Source: Eubacteriales bacterium (GTDB lineage Bacteria > Bacillota > Clostridia > Oscillospirales > CAG-272). From it: a stretch of 64,000 nt of DNA. The notes beneath the pieces were generated by a model. The model was given only the letters and a program-made list of their open reading frames with translations, was not told the origin of the DNA and ran no database searches. A program made the translations under genes and the position numbers. Below, piece by piece: positions 1-8,122 of this stretch (its first letter is position 1; each line of letters begins with the position of its first letter). The stretch spans positions 3,128 to 67,127 of the forward strand of contig JAZRLS010000045.1 in the NCBI GenBank assembly GCA_045646945.1. Direction: 5' to 3'.

Positions 1-2
1 CC

Positions 3-341
3 ATGAATGTCTTTGTCGGACGGTGTCGGGTAGTTTCCACCCCCGAAGACATACTTTGCTTTGAGAACGAGCGGTTTCTGTTGCGCGGGGAAAGGGAAAT
101 TCCCCCATCGTTTGCCGCGGTGCTTTGCCAAAGAAAGATCAAGCTTCTTGGTGTGGAAGGGCAAAGCGTTGGGAACGTTACGGTTCATCAAATGCTTTTG
201 GGGCAAGAAATCGTTTTGCTGGAGGGAATTCGTTTAGACACCGTTCCCGATGGAGAATATTTTTTGTTTGCCGCTCCGCTCAAGCTTGGCGGCTGTGACG
301 GCGCACCCTGCCGTGCGATTTTACTCGATGACGTCAATTGA
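3..341 (+). CDS. Cyclase family (kynurenine formamidase-like) metal-dependent hydrolase, 5'-truncated by window edge
   Basis: C-terminal motifs GVEGQSV, VHQMLLG..IVLLEG and APLKLGGCDGAPCRAIL are typical of the cyclase family. Confidence 0.8.
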   Translation: MNVFVGRCRVVSTPEDILCFENERFLLRGEREIPPSFAAVLCQRKIKLLGVEGQSVGNVTVHQMLLGQEIVLLEGIRLDTVPDGEYFLFAAPLKLGGCDGAPCRAILLDDVN

Positions 342-351
342 CGTCATCGAG
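324..351. repeat. Perfect 28-bp palindrome CTCGATGACGTCAATTGACGTCATCGAG, probable terminator at a convergent gene overlap
   Basis: Read directly from the sequence; followed by a T-run at 353-359. Confidence 0.85.
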
Positions 352-1113
352 ATTTTTTTGCTTTTTGAGCTTTGCAAAAATTACATGGAAGATTAAGATA
401 CAGAAAATATAGAATACAGCTCCGAAGATAAGGTCGGAAAGATAATAGACAACCATCCATAAGAAATCCTTCCAATCGTTTGGTGCACCGGCACCAAGAT
501 CAAACAAAAGACGAGAAAGGATTTTTGATAGTGAGAAGAATACGGAAATTTTCAAAAGGCAGACCTGCAAGGGATTTTTTTTGTCGAAAATTTTTTGGAA
601 AGGATAGAAATCCTCAGTGGAAATCTCTGTTTTTATCTCATTCCCAAACAAGGTTTTTGCCTTGTTTTGTGCTGAACGCTGACGGTAGTATTTTTTTGAG
701 GTGGAGGAAATAAGGACAGAAGAAATCAATAAAATCAACAGGTCAATGATAAAATAAATTATATTGAAGAAGATATCGTAGTACAGCGAAATAGACTGAT
801 ATACGATAAGAACAACCGAAATATCAAACACGCGTCGCAGGAGCAAAAGACCGCAAAGGAGAAGCGACAGTCGGAGGACGGTGCTTTTTGCAGTACGGAA
901 GAAAATTGCGTATGCCAAAAGTGAGAGCGCGATTGCCCACGCAAAAACTTCAGTCAGATTGCGAAGCACATTAAGAATTTCGGGTAGTATCGATTGATAA
1001 AGAATAATGTTGTTATCACAAGAAAGATACGCTATTGTCAGTCCAAAGGAGAGGAGGACAAACAGTCCGCCCACACCGACAAGCATCATAAGGGTAAGCC
1101 ATTTCGTTTTCAT
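334..1113 (-). CDS. Hypothetical multi-pass membrane protein
   Basis: 259-aa ORF with about 6 hydrophobic segments; GGGAGA SD upstream. Confidence 0.75.
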   Translation of the reverse strand: MKTKWLTLMMLVGVGGLFVLLSFGLTIAYLSCDNNIILYQSILPEILNVLRNLTEVFAWAIALSLLAYAIFFRTAKSTVLRLSLLLCGLLLLRRVFDISVVLIVYQSISLYYDIFFNIIYFIIDLLILLISSVLISSTSKKYYRQRSAQNKAKTLFGNEIKTEISTEDFYPFQKIFDKKNPLQVCLLKISVFFSLSKILSRLLFDLGAGAPNDWKDFLWMVVYYLSDLIFGAVFYIFCILIFHVIFAKLKKQKNLDDVN

Positions 1114-1229
1114 AGGATGATCTCCCGATAAATTTCAATATATTCTTTTATATTATATCATAGCTTGAAGAAAAATGGTGATTGATTTGTAAATATTTTT
1201 AGTTTTTTGAGTTTTTAGAGAAAAATAGG

Positions 1230-1262
1230 AAAAAGGATATGCGAAAATCGCATATCCTTTTT
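1230..1262 (-). terminator. Intrinsic terminator after corC-like gene
   Basis: AAAAAGGATATGCG-AAAAT-CGCATATCCTTTTT hairpin with A/T tails. Confidence 0.8.
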
Positions 1263-1264
1263 GA

Positions 1265-2599
1265 TTAGGCTTCTATTGGCTCGCTTTTTGCGGCTTTTTC
1301 GTTTTCCTCTTCGTTATCTTCATCCGCAATTACCTTGCGTGTAACAATCGCACGTTCTACCTTATGATCTTGAACGTCGAGAATTTGAATATTCAAAAGC
1401 TCGGTTGAAAGCTCAAAGGTGGATCCATCCTCGGGAATCGAGCCGTAAAGTCCCATTACGAATCCGCTGAAGGTATCCGAGTCGGCGTCGGTGAGTTCAA
1501 TGTCAAGAGTATCCTCAACGTCGGCAATGGAAACCGAACCATTAATCTGCCAACGGTTGTCTTCCAACGCGACAATCGGTTCTAACGTATCTTCTTCTTC
1601 TTCTTCAATTTCGGAAAATTCACCTACCAGACATTCAACGAGGTCAGTGAAGGTAATGATACCGTGGACTCCACCGTATTCGTCGAGAACGATGGCAAGC
1701 GATTCTTTCTTTTCTTTCATATTGCGGAAAAGAACGTCTGCCTTAACGTTTTCGGGAACGAAATACGCGGGCTTGACGGCAAGCTCAAAAATGGCTTCCT
1801 TGGTCTTTTCTTCCAAACGGAAATACTCGCGTGCGTCGAGAATACCGACAATATCGTCAAGGTTCTCTCCGTAGATGGGGTAACGAGAGAAACGGCTGTT
1901 ATAAATGATTGCTTCCCATTCTTCGATCGAAGCGTCTTTGGCAAGCATCGACATTTCGGTACGGTGCGTTGCAATGGCAGCGGCGGAAATATCGTCAAAA
2001 TCAAAAATGTTTTCGATCATTTCCTTGTCATATTCGTCGATGCTTCCGTCCTCGTGCGCTTCGTCTACCAGTGTGAGAAGCTCACCCTCGGTGACAGCTT
2101 CTTCCTCGGCAGGTTTGAAGATCTTCGAGAGAAGTTTTTTCCAAAGCATAAAAATCCAGTTGATCGGCGTCAGCAGTCCCGTGATAAAGCAGAGAATTCG
2201 TGCTACTGCCATCGCAAAGCGTTCAGGCTTTTCCTTGGCAAGGCTTTTCGGAGAGATTTCACCGAAGAGCAGAACAACGATGGTTGTTACAATGGTAGCA
2301 ATCGCAGAATAATATCCTGCTACCGGACCGTTTGCCAAAAGCTGCATAAACCAAATGGTAGCAACCGAGGACAACAGAATATTAACGATGTTGTTTCCCA
2401 CAAGAATCGTGGAAAGCAGTTTGTCGTAGTTTTCCGACATTTTCAAGACGAGCACAGCACGTTTATTTCCTTCGGAGGCAAGATTTTTCATCTTGGTATG
2501 GTTAAACGAGGTGAATGCGGTTTCACTGGCAGAAAAGAAGGCGGAAAACACAAGGCATACGAACATTAAAACAATTTTGAGTAGACTCCCGTCAGGCAT
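1265..2599 (-). CDS. HlyC/CorC (CNNM/DUF21-CBS-CorC) family transporter, probable Mg2+/Co2+ efflux
   Basis: SAFFSASETA, LSTILVGNN and GEISPKSLA (DUF21), tandem CBS domains (FSRYPIY, IVLDEYGG) and a C-terminal CorC domain. Confidence 0.93.
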   Translation of the reverse strand: MPDGSLLKIVLMFVCLVFSAFFSASETAFTSFNHTKMKNLASEGNKRAVLVLKMSENYDKLLSTILVGNNIVNILLSSVATIWFMQLLANGPVAGYYSAIATIVTTIVVLLFGEISPKSLAKEKPERFAMAVARILCFITGLLTPINWIFMLWKKLLSKIFKPAEEEAVTEGELLTLVDEAHEDGSIDEYDKEMIENIFDFDDISAAAIATHRTEMSMLAKDASIEEWEAIIYNSRFSRYPIYGENLDDIVGILDAREYFRLEEKTKEAIFELAVKPAYFVPENVKADVLFRNMKEKKESLAIVLDEYGGVHGIITFTDLVECLVGEFSEIEEEEEDTLEPIVALEDNRWQINGSVSIADVEDTLDIELTDADSDTFSGFVMGLYGSIPEDGSTFELSTELLNIQILDVQDHKVERAIVTRKVIADEDNEEENEKAAKSEPIEA

Positions 2600-2683
2600 A
2601 TAATCTCCTTAAAAATCATCTGTCCGAGGACTTTGTCGGTACAGGGAATGGGTGTGGCAAAAATCAGAAATCAAAATAAGCGC

Positions 2684-2726
2684 AAAAAAGCATAGCCTGA
2701 GCCCATTTCAAGGACGCAGGTTATGC
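2684..2726 (-). terminator. Leader (attenuator) terminator upstream of corC-like gene
   Basis: mRNA GCAUAACCUG-CGUCC-UUGAAAU-GGGCU-CAGGCUAUGC followed by UUUUUU, about 85 nt before the corC start. Confidence 0.75.
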
Positions 2727-2797
2727 GTATTCAGAAACATATTTAAATTGAAAAAATATGTACTTCGACAGTTACCGTCGGTATTGCCGTTGTCCAC
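2708..2797 (-). CDS. Putative 29-aa leader peptide MDNGNTDGNCRSTYFFNLNMFLNTHNLRP (GTG start)
   Basis: AAGGAG SD 10 nt before GTG; the stop TGA falls inside the leader terminator loop. Confidence 0.55.
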   Translation of the reverse strand: MDNGNTDGNCRSTYFFNLNMFLNTHNLRP

Positions 2798-2907
2798 TTC
2801 TGATTTTCTCCTTACGAATTCGGAACGTGTACGTCCGTTAATTTTGTTGCAGGGAAGACAGGTACTTTTCTTGCACGCCGTGTCCCATTTCACAACATAT
2901 CGTTAAT

Positions 2908-2935
2908 ATTATAGCATAAAAAATTTTTTTGTCAA
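2908..2935 (-). promoter_or_regulatory. Sigma-A promoter for corC leader
   Basis: TTGACA-N16-TATAAT with extended -10 TGn on the minus strand. Confidence 0.8.
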
Positions 2936-2970
2936 TAGATTTTATAAATATTTTAAGAGGAAGAAAAATG

Positions 2971-3011
2971 AAAATCGGAGAATTGCGTATTTCACAATTC
3001 TCCGATTTTTT
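2971..3011 (-). terminator. Intrinsic terminator ending the nadE operon
   Basis: AAAATCGGAGAATTG...CAATTCTCCGATTTT inverted repeat. Confidence 0.8.
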
Positions 3012-3264
3012 ATGCTTTTTGTTTGAGTTCGGTTAATGCTTTTGCCAACTGATCGGGGCAAGAAGTGGCTTTAAAGCCGCAACGGATGCCCGAAAGTCGT
3101 TCAATTGCTTCATCGATCGTCATTCCTACGACCAGTGCCGAAACACCCTGCGTGTTTCCGGAGCATCCGCCGATAAATTTGACGGATACGATACGATCAC
3201 CTTCGGTTTCAATATCGATTTGGCGGGAGCATACGCCCTTGGTGCGGTAAGAAATTTGTTTCAT
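3010..3264 (-). CDS. TIGR03905 family TSCPD-domain protein
   Basis: GVCSRQI, GGCSGNTQG and GIRCGFKATSCPDQLA motifs. Confidence 0.9.
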   Translation of the reverse strand: MKQISYRTKGVCSRQIDIETEGDRIVSVKFIGGCSGNTQGVSALVVGMTIDEAIERLSGIRCGFKATSCPDQLAKALTELKQKA

Positions 3265-3285
3265 AAGTTCTCCTGGATGATTTTG

Positions 3286-4167
3286 TTAATGATTCAAAAT
3301 GGGATAAAGACCAATGGCGGTATAGCGAGGATGCTCTGTGAGCAAATAGAGATCGAACGCGTACGCCATTATGCGTGGAAGCTGGAAGGTAAAATAGATG
3401 CGATGTGCACCGTCGTCGTAGAGAATCGGTAGGGAATCTATTTTGATCGGAGTTGCTTCAAAGATCGGAGCCACTCGAAAAATGTCATAGGGAAATTGAT
3501 ACGCTTCCGAAGAGACAAAGCATTCCAGATTCCATTCGGTATTTTTTGGAATTCGGCGGGGCAGATGTTTTCCAACCAAAGCATAACGAACGGTATTGGG
3601 AGAATCCTCTTGTTCGACGGTACAAGTGGCACAAATTTTCAGTTCATAGCGGTCGATCATCGAGTAAAATCCAAAGAGCCTGCCGCTTTCTGTGTTTTCA
3701 ATGGGAAGAATACAAAATTCGCAAAGGTTGTCAAAGACCTCCTCGCACGCATCAGAAAATGAGGAAAGAAATTCAGCTTTTGCCCCCTGAACAAAGGGTT
3801 CAAAGATGGAAAACGCTTCTTCGTTATAGCGATTTCTTACCAAGGCAATTCTTCCGTGGGCACCCGACTGTGTACTTTCGTCATCGTGAAAGCTCGTTTC
3901 GGTGATTAATTCTTTTTGATGGGGGACGGAATTTGACAAACGCGCAAAAAAGCTTGCCCGATCCTCGGCGGATAATTCGTTTTTTGAAAAATCAGCGCAA
4001 AAACGAGTATAAAGCTCAAGCGGAGATGCGTCTTTCTCGGCAAGCAGTGCGCGAATGCAAAGGCCGAGAGAAAGCTCCCGCTGTTGTGTGGAAATTGCGC
4101 TTCGCTCGGAAAATATGCGAACGTTTTCCTTGAAAATCAGCAGTTCCTTTTTTTGATCCATAAGCAT
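3286..4167 (-). CDS. Prephenate dehydratase-like / ACT-like hypothetical protein
   Basis: CILPIENTESGRL resembles PDT GVVPIENSxxG; NTVRYALVGK resembles NxTRFLV; start placed just after the nadE stop. Confidence 0.55.
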   Translation of the reverse strand: MLMDQKKELLIFKENVRIFSERSAISTQQRELSLGLCIRALLAEKDASPLELYTRFCADFSKNELSAEDRASFFARLSNSVPHQKELITETSFHDDESTQSGAHGRIALVRNRYNEEAFSIFEPFVQGAKAEFLSSFSDACEEVFDNLCEFCILPIENTESGRLFGFYSMIDRYELKICATCTVEQEDSPNTVRYALVGKHLPRRIPKNTEWNLECFVSSEAYQFPYDIFRVAPIFEATPIKIDSLPILYDDGAHRIYFTFQLPRIMAYAFDLYLLTEHPRYTAIGLYPILNH

Positions 4168-4172
4168 GCGAA

Positions 4173-6104
4173 TTATTTTAATTCTTCCACGATTTTCATC
4201 CAAGCGGTTGCCATTGCATCACTCGGCATCTGCCAGTCTCCGCGAGGAGAAAAACCGATCGAACCGATCTTCGGTGCATCGGGCAGACAAGAACGCTTGA
4301 ACTGTTGTGCAAAGAAACGGCGGACGAAGTTTTTGAGCCATTTGAGAAGTACCTCGTCGCTGTATTTTCCGTCAAACGCGATCTTCGCCAAGCGGTAAAG
4401 CTTATCGGGAGAATCGCCCCAACGGAGCATATGATAAAGATAAAAGTCGTGAATTTCGTAAGGACCGACGAGATCCTCGGTTTTTTGCGCAATGTTGCCG
4501 TGCTCGTCCGAGGGAAGAAGTTCTGGGCTGACGGGCGTGTCGAGAATATCGCGAAGCACCTCAGCAAGACGCGAAGCACCGTTTTGTTCTGCGTTGTCCG
4601 CGCAGTACGCGATTACGTGGCGAATGAGTGTCTTCGGTACGTCGGCGTTGACACCATACATCGACATGTGGTCGCCGTTATACGTTGCCCAACCGAGTGC
4701 CAGCTCGGAAAGGTCGCCCGTACCGACCACCAAGCCGTTTTCACGGTTGGCAATATCCATCAGAAGCTGTGTGCGCTCTCTGGCCTGTGCATTTTCATAA
4801 ACGACACTGTGATCGTCTTCTTTATGTCCAAGATCGGCAAAGTGCTGACGGACAGACGCGCTGATGTCAATACATTCCAATCCGGTGCCGAGCTCTACGC
4901 AGAGAATTTCCGCATTGGAACGAGTTCTTTTGGTAGTACCGAAGCATGGCATCGTAACACCGAGTACGTCGGAATGAGGACGTCCAAGCAGATCCATTGC
5001 TTTGGTAGCAACGAGGATGGCAAGCGTGGAATCGAGTCCACCTGAAATTCCGATAACACATTTTTTCGAGTAAGAGCGGACAACGCGTTGTGCCAATCCC
5101 TTGGCTTGAATAGTCAGAATGGTTTCGGCACGATGGGCAAGCTCCTTTTGATTACTTGGAATAAAGGGCGCGGAATCGATTTTTCGGGTAAGCTTGGTTT
5201 CTTCGTAGTCGACCGAGAAAAGATTGTTCTTGATGTTTGCGGAGAGGGAAGAGTTAAAGGTGTTGATTCGCTTGCGTTCTCCCTCAATATGAGCAAGGTC
5301 AAGCTCGGTGACGAGAAGCTCTGCATCCTCGGAGAATGCGGTACGCTCCGCAACGATGTTTCCGAGCTGAGCGATCATCGAATGTCCGCCGAACACGAGG
5401 TCGGTGGTCGATTCGCCGTCACCGCAATCGGCGTAGAGATAGGCACAGAGCGAACGTGCCGATTGCGATTCTACGAGCATACGGCGACGAGCTTCCTTTC
5501 CAATGATTTCGGGAGAAGCAGAAAGATTGGCAATGATCAACGCGCCAGCTTCGGCAAGATGGGTCGATGGGGGCGTTGCTGTCCATAGATCCTCACAGAT
5601 TTCAACACCGAATCGAAATGCCGTAAAGTTTTGACAGGAGAAGATTTGCTTTGCGCCAAAGGGCACCGATTGACCGCAGATTTCAACATTCACGGTATCA
5701 CCCGTATCAACCGAAAAATATCTTCCCTCCGAAAATTCACTGTAATTCGGCAAATTTGTCTTGGGAACAATTCCTAAAATTTGTCCATTTTGACAAATTG
5801 CGGCGGAATTATAAAGTTTATCATTGACAACGAGGGGAAAACCGATTATACTTATAGTAGAAGAGTTGTTGGTTCTTGCCAAAAAGTCTTCCAAGGCGGA
5901 CTTTGCCGCGTCAAGAAGGACGCTCGAAAAGAAAAGATCCGAGCAGGTATAGCCTGTCAGGCAGAGCTCGGGAAAAACAAGCAGCTTGACACCGAGTTCC
6001 TCTGCTTCTTTGTGCAGACGCAAAATTTCTTCGAGATTGGCGGACGGATCGGCAAGCGTGACCTTTGGCGTTGCCGTACCGACTTTGATAAAACCGTGTT
6101 TCAT
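4173..6104 (-). CDS. nadE: Glutamine-dependent NAD+ synthetase
   Basis: N-terminal nitrilase domain (FPEL, PK..LPNY.EF.E.R, EICEDLW) plus GISGGLDST, ENAQARER and GTGDLSE. Confidence 0.97.
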   Translation of the reverse strand: MKHGFIKVGTATPKVTLADPSANLEEILRLHKEAEELGVKLLVFPELCLTGYTCSDLFFSSVLLDAAKSALEDFLARTNNSSTISIIGFPLVVNDKLYNSAAICQNGQILGIVPKTNLPNYSEFSEGRYFSVDTGDTVNVEICGQSVPFGAKQIFSCQNFTAFRFGVEICEDLWTATPPSTHLAEAGALIIANLSASPEIIGKEARRRMLVESQSARSLCAYLYADCGDGESTTDLVFGGHSMIAQLGNIVAERTAFSEDAELLVTELDLAHIEGERKRINTFNSSLSANIKNNLFSVDYEETKLTRKIDSAPFIPSNQKELAHRAETILTIQAKGLAQRVVRSYSKKCVIGISGGLDSTLAILVATKAMDLLGRPHSDVLGVTMPCFGTTKRTRSNAEILCVELGTGLECIDISASVRQHFADLGHKEDDHSVVYENAQARERTQLLMDIANRENGLVVGTGDLSELALGWATYNGDHMSMYGVNADVPKTLIRHVIAYCADNAEQNGASRLAEVLRDILDTPVSPELLPSDEHGNIAQKTEDLVGPYEIHDFYLYHMLRWGDSPDKLYRLAKIAFDGKYSDEVLLKWLKNFVRRFFAQQFKRSCLPDAPKIGSIGFSPRGDWQMPSDAMATAWMKIVEELK

Positions 6105-6250
6105 ATGGGAAATTCCTTTCTAAAAAATGTCACCAAAACGGTAATTTCTATCTGATTTCTACCATTTATTATACAGTTTTCTTCAAAAAAATACAATACT
6201 AAATCAAAAACTTTTTCAAAAAAAGCAAAAAAGCATAGGAGAAACAAAAA

Positions 6251-7705
6251 ATGAACAAACTGAACCGCAATTTAACGATGCTGTGCGACTTTTATGAGCT
6301 GACGATGTCCAACGGATATCTCACCGCGGGAATGAAAGATAAGGTCGTTTACTTTGACGTATTTTTCCGCAACAATCCCGATGGCGGCGGATATGCAATT
6401 TCCGCAGGGTTGGAACAGATTGTCGAATATATTAAGGATCTTCATTTTGACGAAGAGGACGTTGCCTTCCTTCGCACCAAGGGATGCTTCTCGGAGGAAT
6501 TTCTGGAATTTCTTCGCACTTTCCGCTTTACGGGTGATATCTGGGCAATTCCTGAGGGAACGGTTGTCTTCCCCGGAGAACCTTTGATGACGGTTCGCGC
6601 CAAGGTGATTGAGGCACAGTTTATCGAGACCTACATTCTGATGATGATCAACCATCAATCACTGATTGCAACGAAAGCCTCGAGAATTGCCCGTTCCGCC
6701 AAGGGACGAGCTGTGAGCGAGTTCGGTTCTCGCCGCGCACAGGGAGCGGATGCCGCGATTCTCGGCGCAAGAGCCGCATTTATCGGAGGATGTAATTCCA
6801 CCGCTTGTACGATTGCAGACGAAGCTTACGGTGTTCCCGCAGGCGGAACGATGGCACATTCTTGGGTACAGATGTTTGATACCGAGTATGAGGCATTCCG
6901 CACGTACTGCGAGATCTACCCCAAGAACGCGACGCTTCTGATTGATACGTATAACGTGATGGAAAGCGGTCTTCCCAACGCGATTCGCGCGTTTAAGGAA
7001 GTGCTTTTCCCCAAGGGCATTACCAAATGCGCAGTCAGAATTGACTCGGGCGACGTGACCTATCTGACCAAAAAGATCCGCAAAAAGCTGGACGAGGAAG
7101 GTCTTACCGATTGTAAAATCGTCGTTTCCAATTCGCTCGACGAGTATATTATCCGAGAACTGATCCGTCAGGGCGCGGAGATCGATGCGTTTGGTGTCGG
7201 TGAAAGACTGATCACGTCAAAGAGTGACCCCGTATTTGGCGGTGTCTACAAGCTTTGTGCGATCGAAAAGGAAGACGGAACTATTCAGCCGAAGATTAAA
7301 ATCAGTGAAAACGTCGGAAAGATCACCACTCCCCACTTTAAGAAGATCTACCGCTTGCGCGGAAGAGAAACGGGAAAGGCAGAGGCAGACCTGATTTGCG
7401 TGCATAATGAGACGATTGATGACAGCAAACCGATCGAGCTCTTTGACCCCGATCATACTTGGAAACGAAAGGTGCTCGAGGACTTTACGGCGACTGAGCT
7501 TCAAAAGCCGATCTTCTTGAATGGAGAGTTGGTCTACGATCTTCCTACACTTGCCGAGATTCGCCGGCACTGCGCTGAGGAGATCGAAGGAATGTGGGAT
7601 GAGGTGCGCCGTTTCACTAACCCGCACAACTATTACGTTGACCTTTCCGAAAAGCTTTGGCAGATCAAGCACGATATGATTGCGGAGCACCGTAAGGCAA
7701 AGTGA
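6251..7705 (+). CDS. pncB: Nicotinate phosphoribosyltransferase
   Basis: DFYELTM, EFGSRRAQG, GTMAHSW, LIDTY, RIDSGD and GGVYKL motifs. Confidence 0.96.
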   Translation: MNKLNRNLTMLCDFYELTMSNGYLTAGMKDKVVYFDVFFRNNPDGGGYAISAGLEQIVEYIKDLHFDEEDVAFLRTKGCFSEEFLEFLRTFRFTGDIWAIPEGTVVFPGEPLMTVRAKVIEAQFIETYILMMINHQSLIATKASRIARSAKGRAVSEFGSRRAQGADAAILGARAAFIGGCNSTACTIADEAYGVPAGGTMAHSWVQMFDTEYEAFRTYCEIYPKNATLLIDTYNVMESGLPNAIRAFKEVLFPKGITKCAVRIDSGDVTYLTKKIRKKLDEEGLTDCKIVVSNSLDEYIIRELIRQGAEIDAFGVGERLITSKSDPVFGGVYKLCAIEKEDGTIQPKIKISENVGKITTPHFKKIYRLRGRETGKAEADLICVHNETIDDSKPIELFDPDHTWKRKVLEDFTATELQKPIFLNGELVYDLPTLAEIRRHCAEEIEGMWDEVRRFTNPHNYYVDLSEKLWQIKHDMIAEHRKAK

Positions 7706-7711
7706 CCTGCG

Positions 7712-8122
7712 ATGAAGCTGATCGTTTGTTTAGATGAGCGTCGAGGAATGACCTTTCACCGTCGAAGACAGAGTCGGGATCGCATCTTGATCGAGAATCT
7801 TTTAGAAATGGTGGGGGAAGATCGCCTTTGGATTGCACCCTATTCCAAACTTTTGTTTGAGGGAAAGGAGAAAGAGCTTTCCGTTTCCGAGGATTTTCTG
7901 AGCGAAGCAGGGGAGGGAGATTGGTGTTTTGTCGAGAACAAAACCTGCGCTCCGTTTCTTTCTAACATCGAAGAGATTACAGTGTATTGGTGGAATCGCC
8001 ACTATCCGTCGGATGTTTGCTTCGATATTGATCTTTCCAAGGAAGGTTTTTCCTCGCAGTCGCGCGAGGATTTCGTGGGGTCTTCTCACGAGATGATCAC
8101 CAAGGAGGTTTTTAGACGATGA
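7712..8122 (+). CDS. Conserved hypothetical protein with DHFR-like sequence pattern
   Basis: N-terminal MKLIVCLDE..GM.F and C-terminal YWWNRHYPSDVCF recall DHFR strand A and the T.I....EGDTxF region; overlaps the next gene (ATGA). Confidence 0.6.
   Translation: MKLIVCLDERRGMTFHRRRQSRDRILIENLLEMVGEDRLWIAPYSKLLFEGKEKELSVSEDFLSEAGEGDWCFVENKTCAPFLSNIEEITVYWWNRHYPSDVCFDIDLSKEGFSSQSREDFVGSSHEMITKEVFRR

Noticed and set aside
3..341. Cyclase as KynB of a de novo NAD pathway near nadE/pncB
   Set aside because: No other kynurenine-pathway genes are present and it is separated by unrelated genes; the proximity is probably coincidental.
2708..2893. 61-aa version of the corC leader ORF from the track
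   Set aside because: Its upstream start lies a few nt from the predicted TSS with no SD; the SD-supported GTG at 2797 is preferred.
2600..2900. Known riboswitch (M-box, yybP-ykoY, NiCo, fluoride)
   Set aside because: The hallmark conserved nucleotides were not found by eye; a cmscan is needed to exclude them formally.
7712..8122. Calling this protein a ribonuclease Z or a true folA
   Set aside because: It has no metallo-beta-lactamase HxHxDH motif and is too short for RNase Z; DHFR catalytic motifs are not evident.
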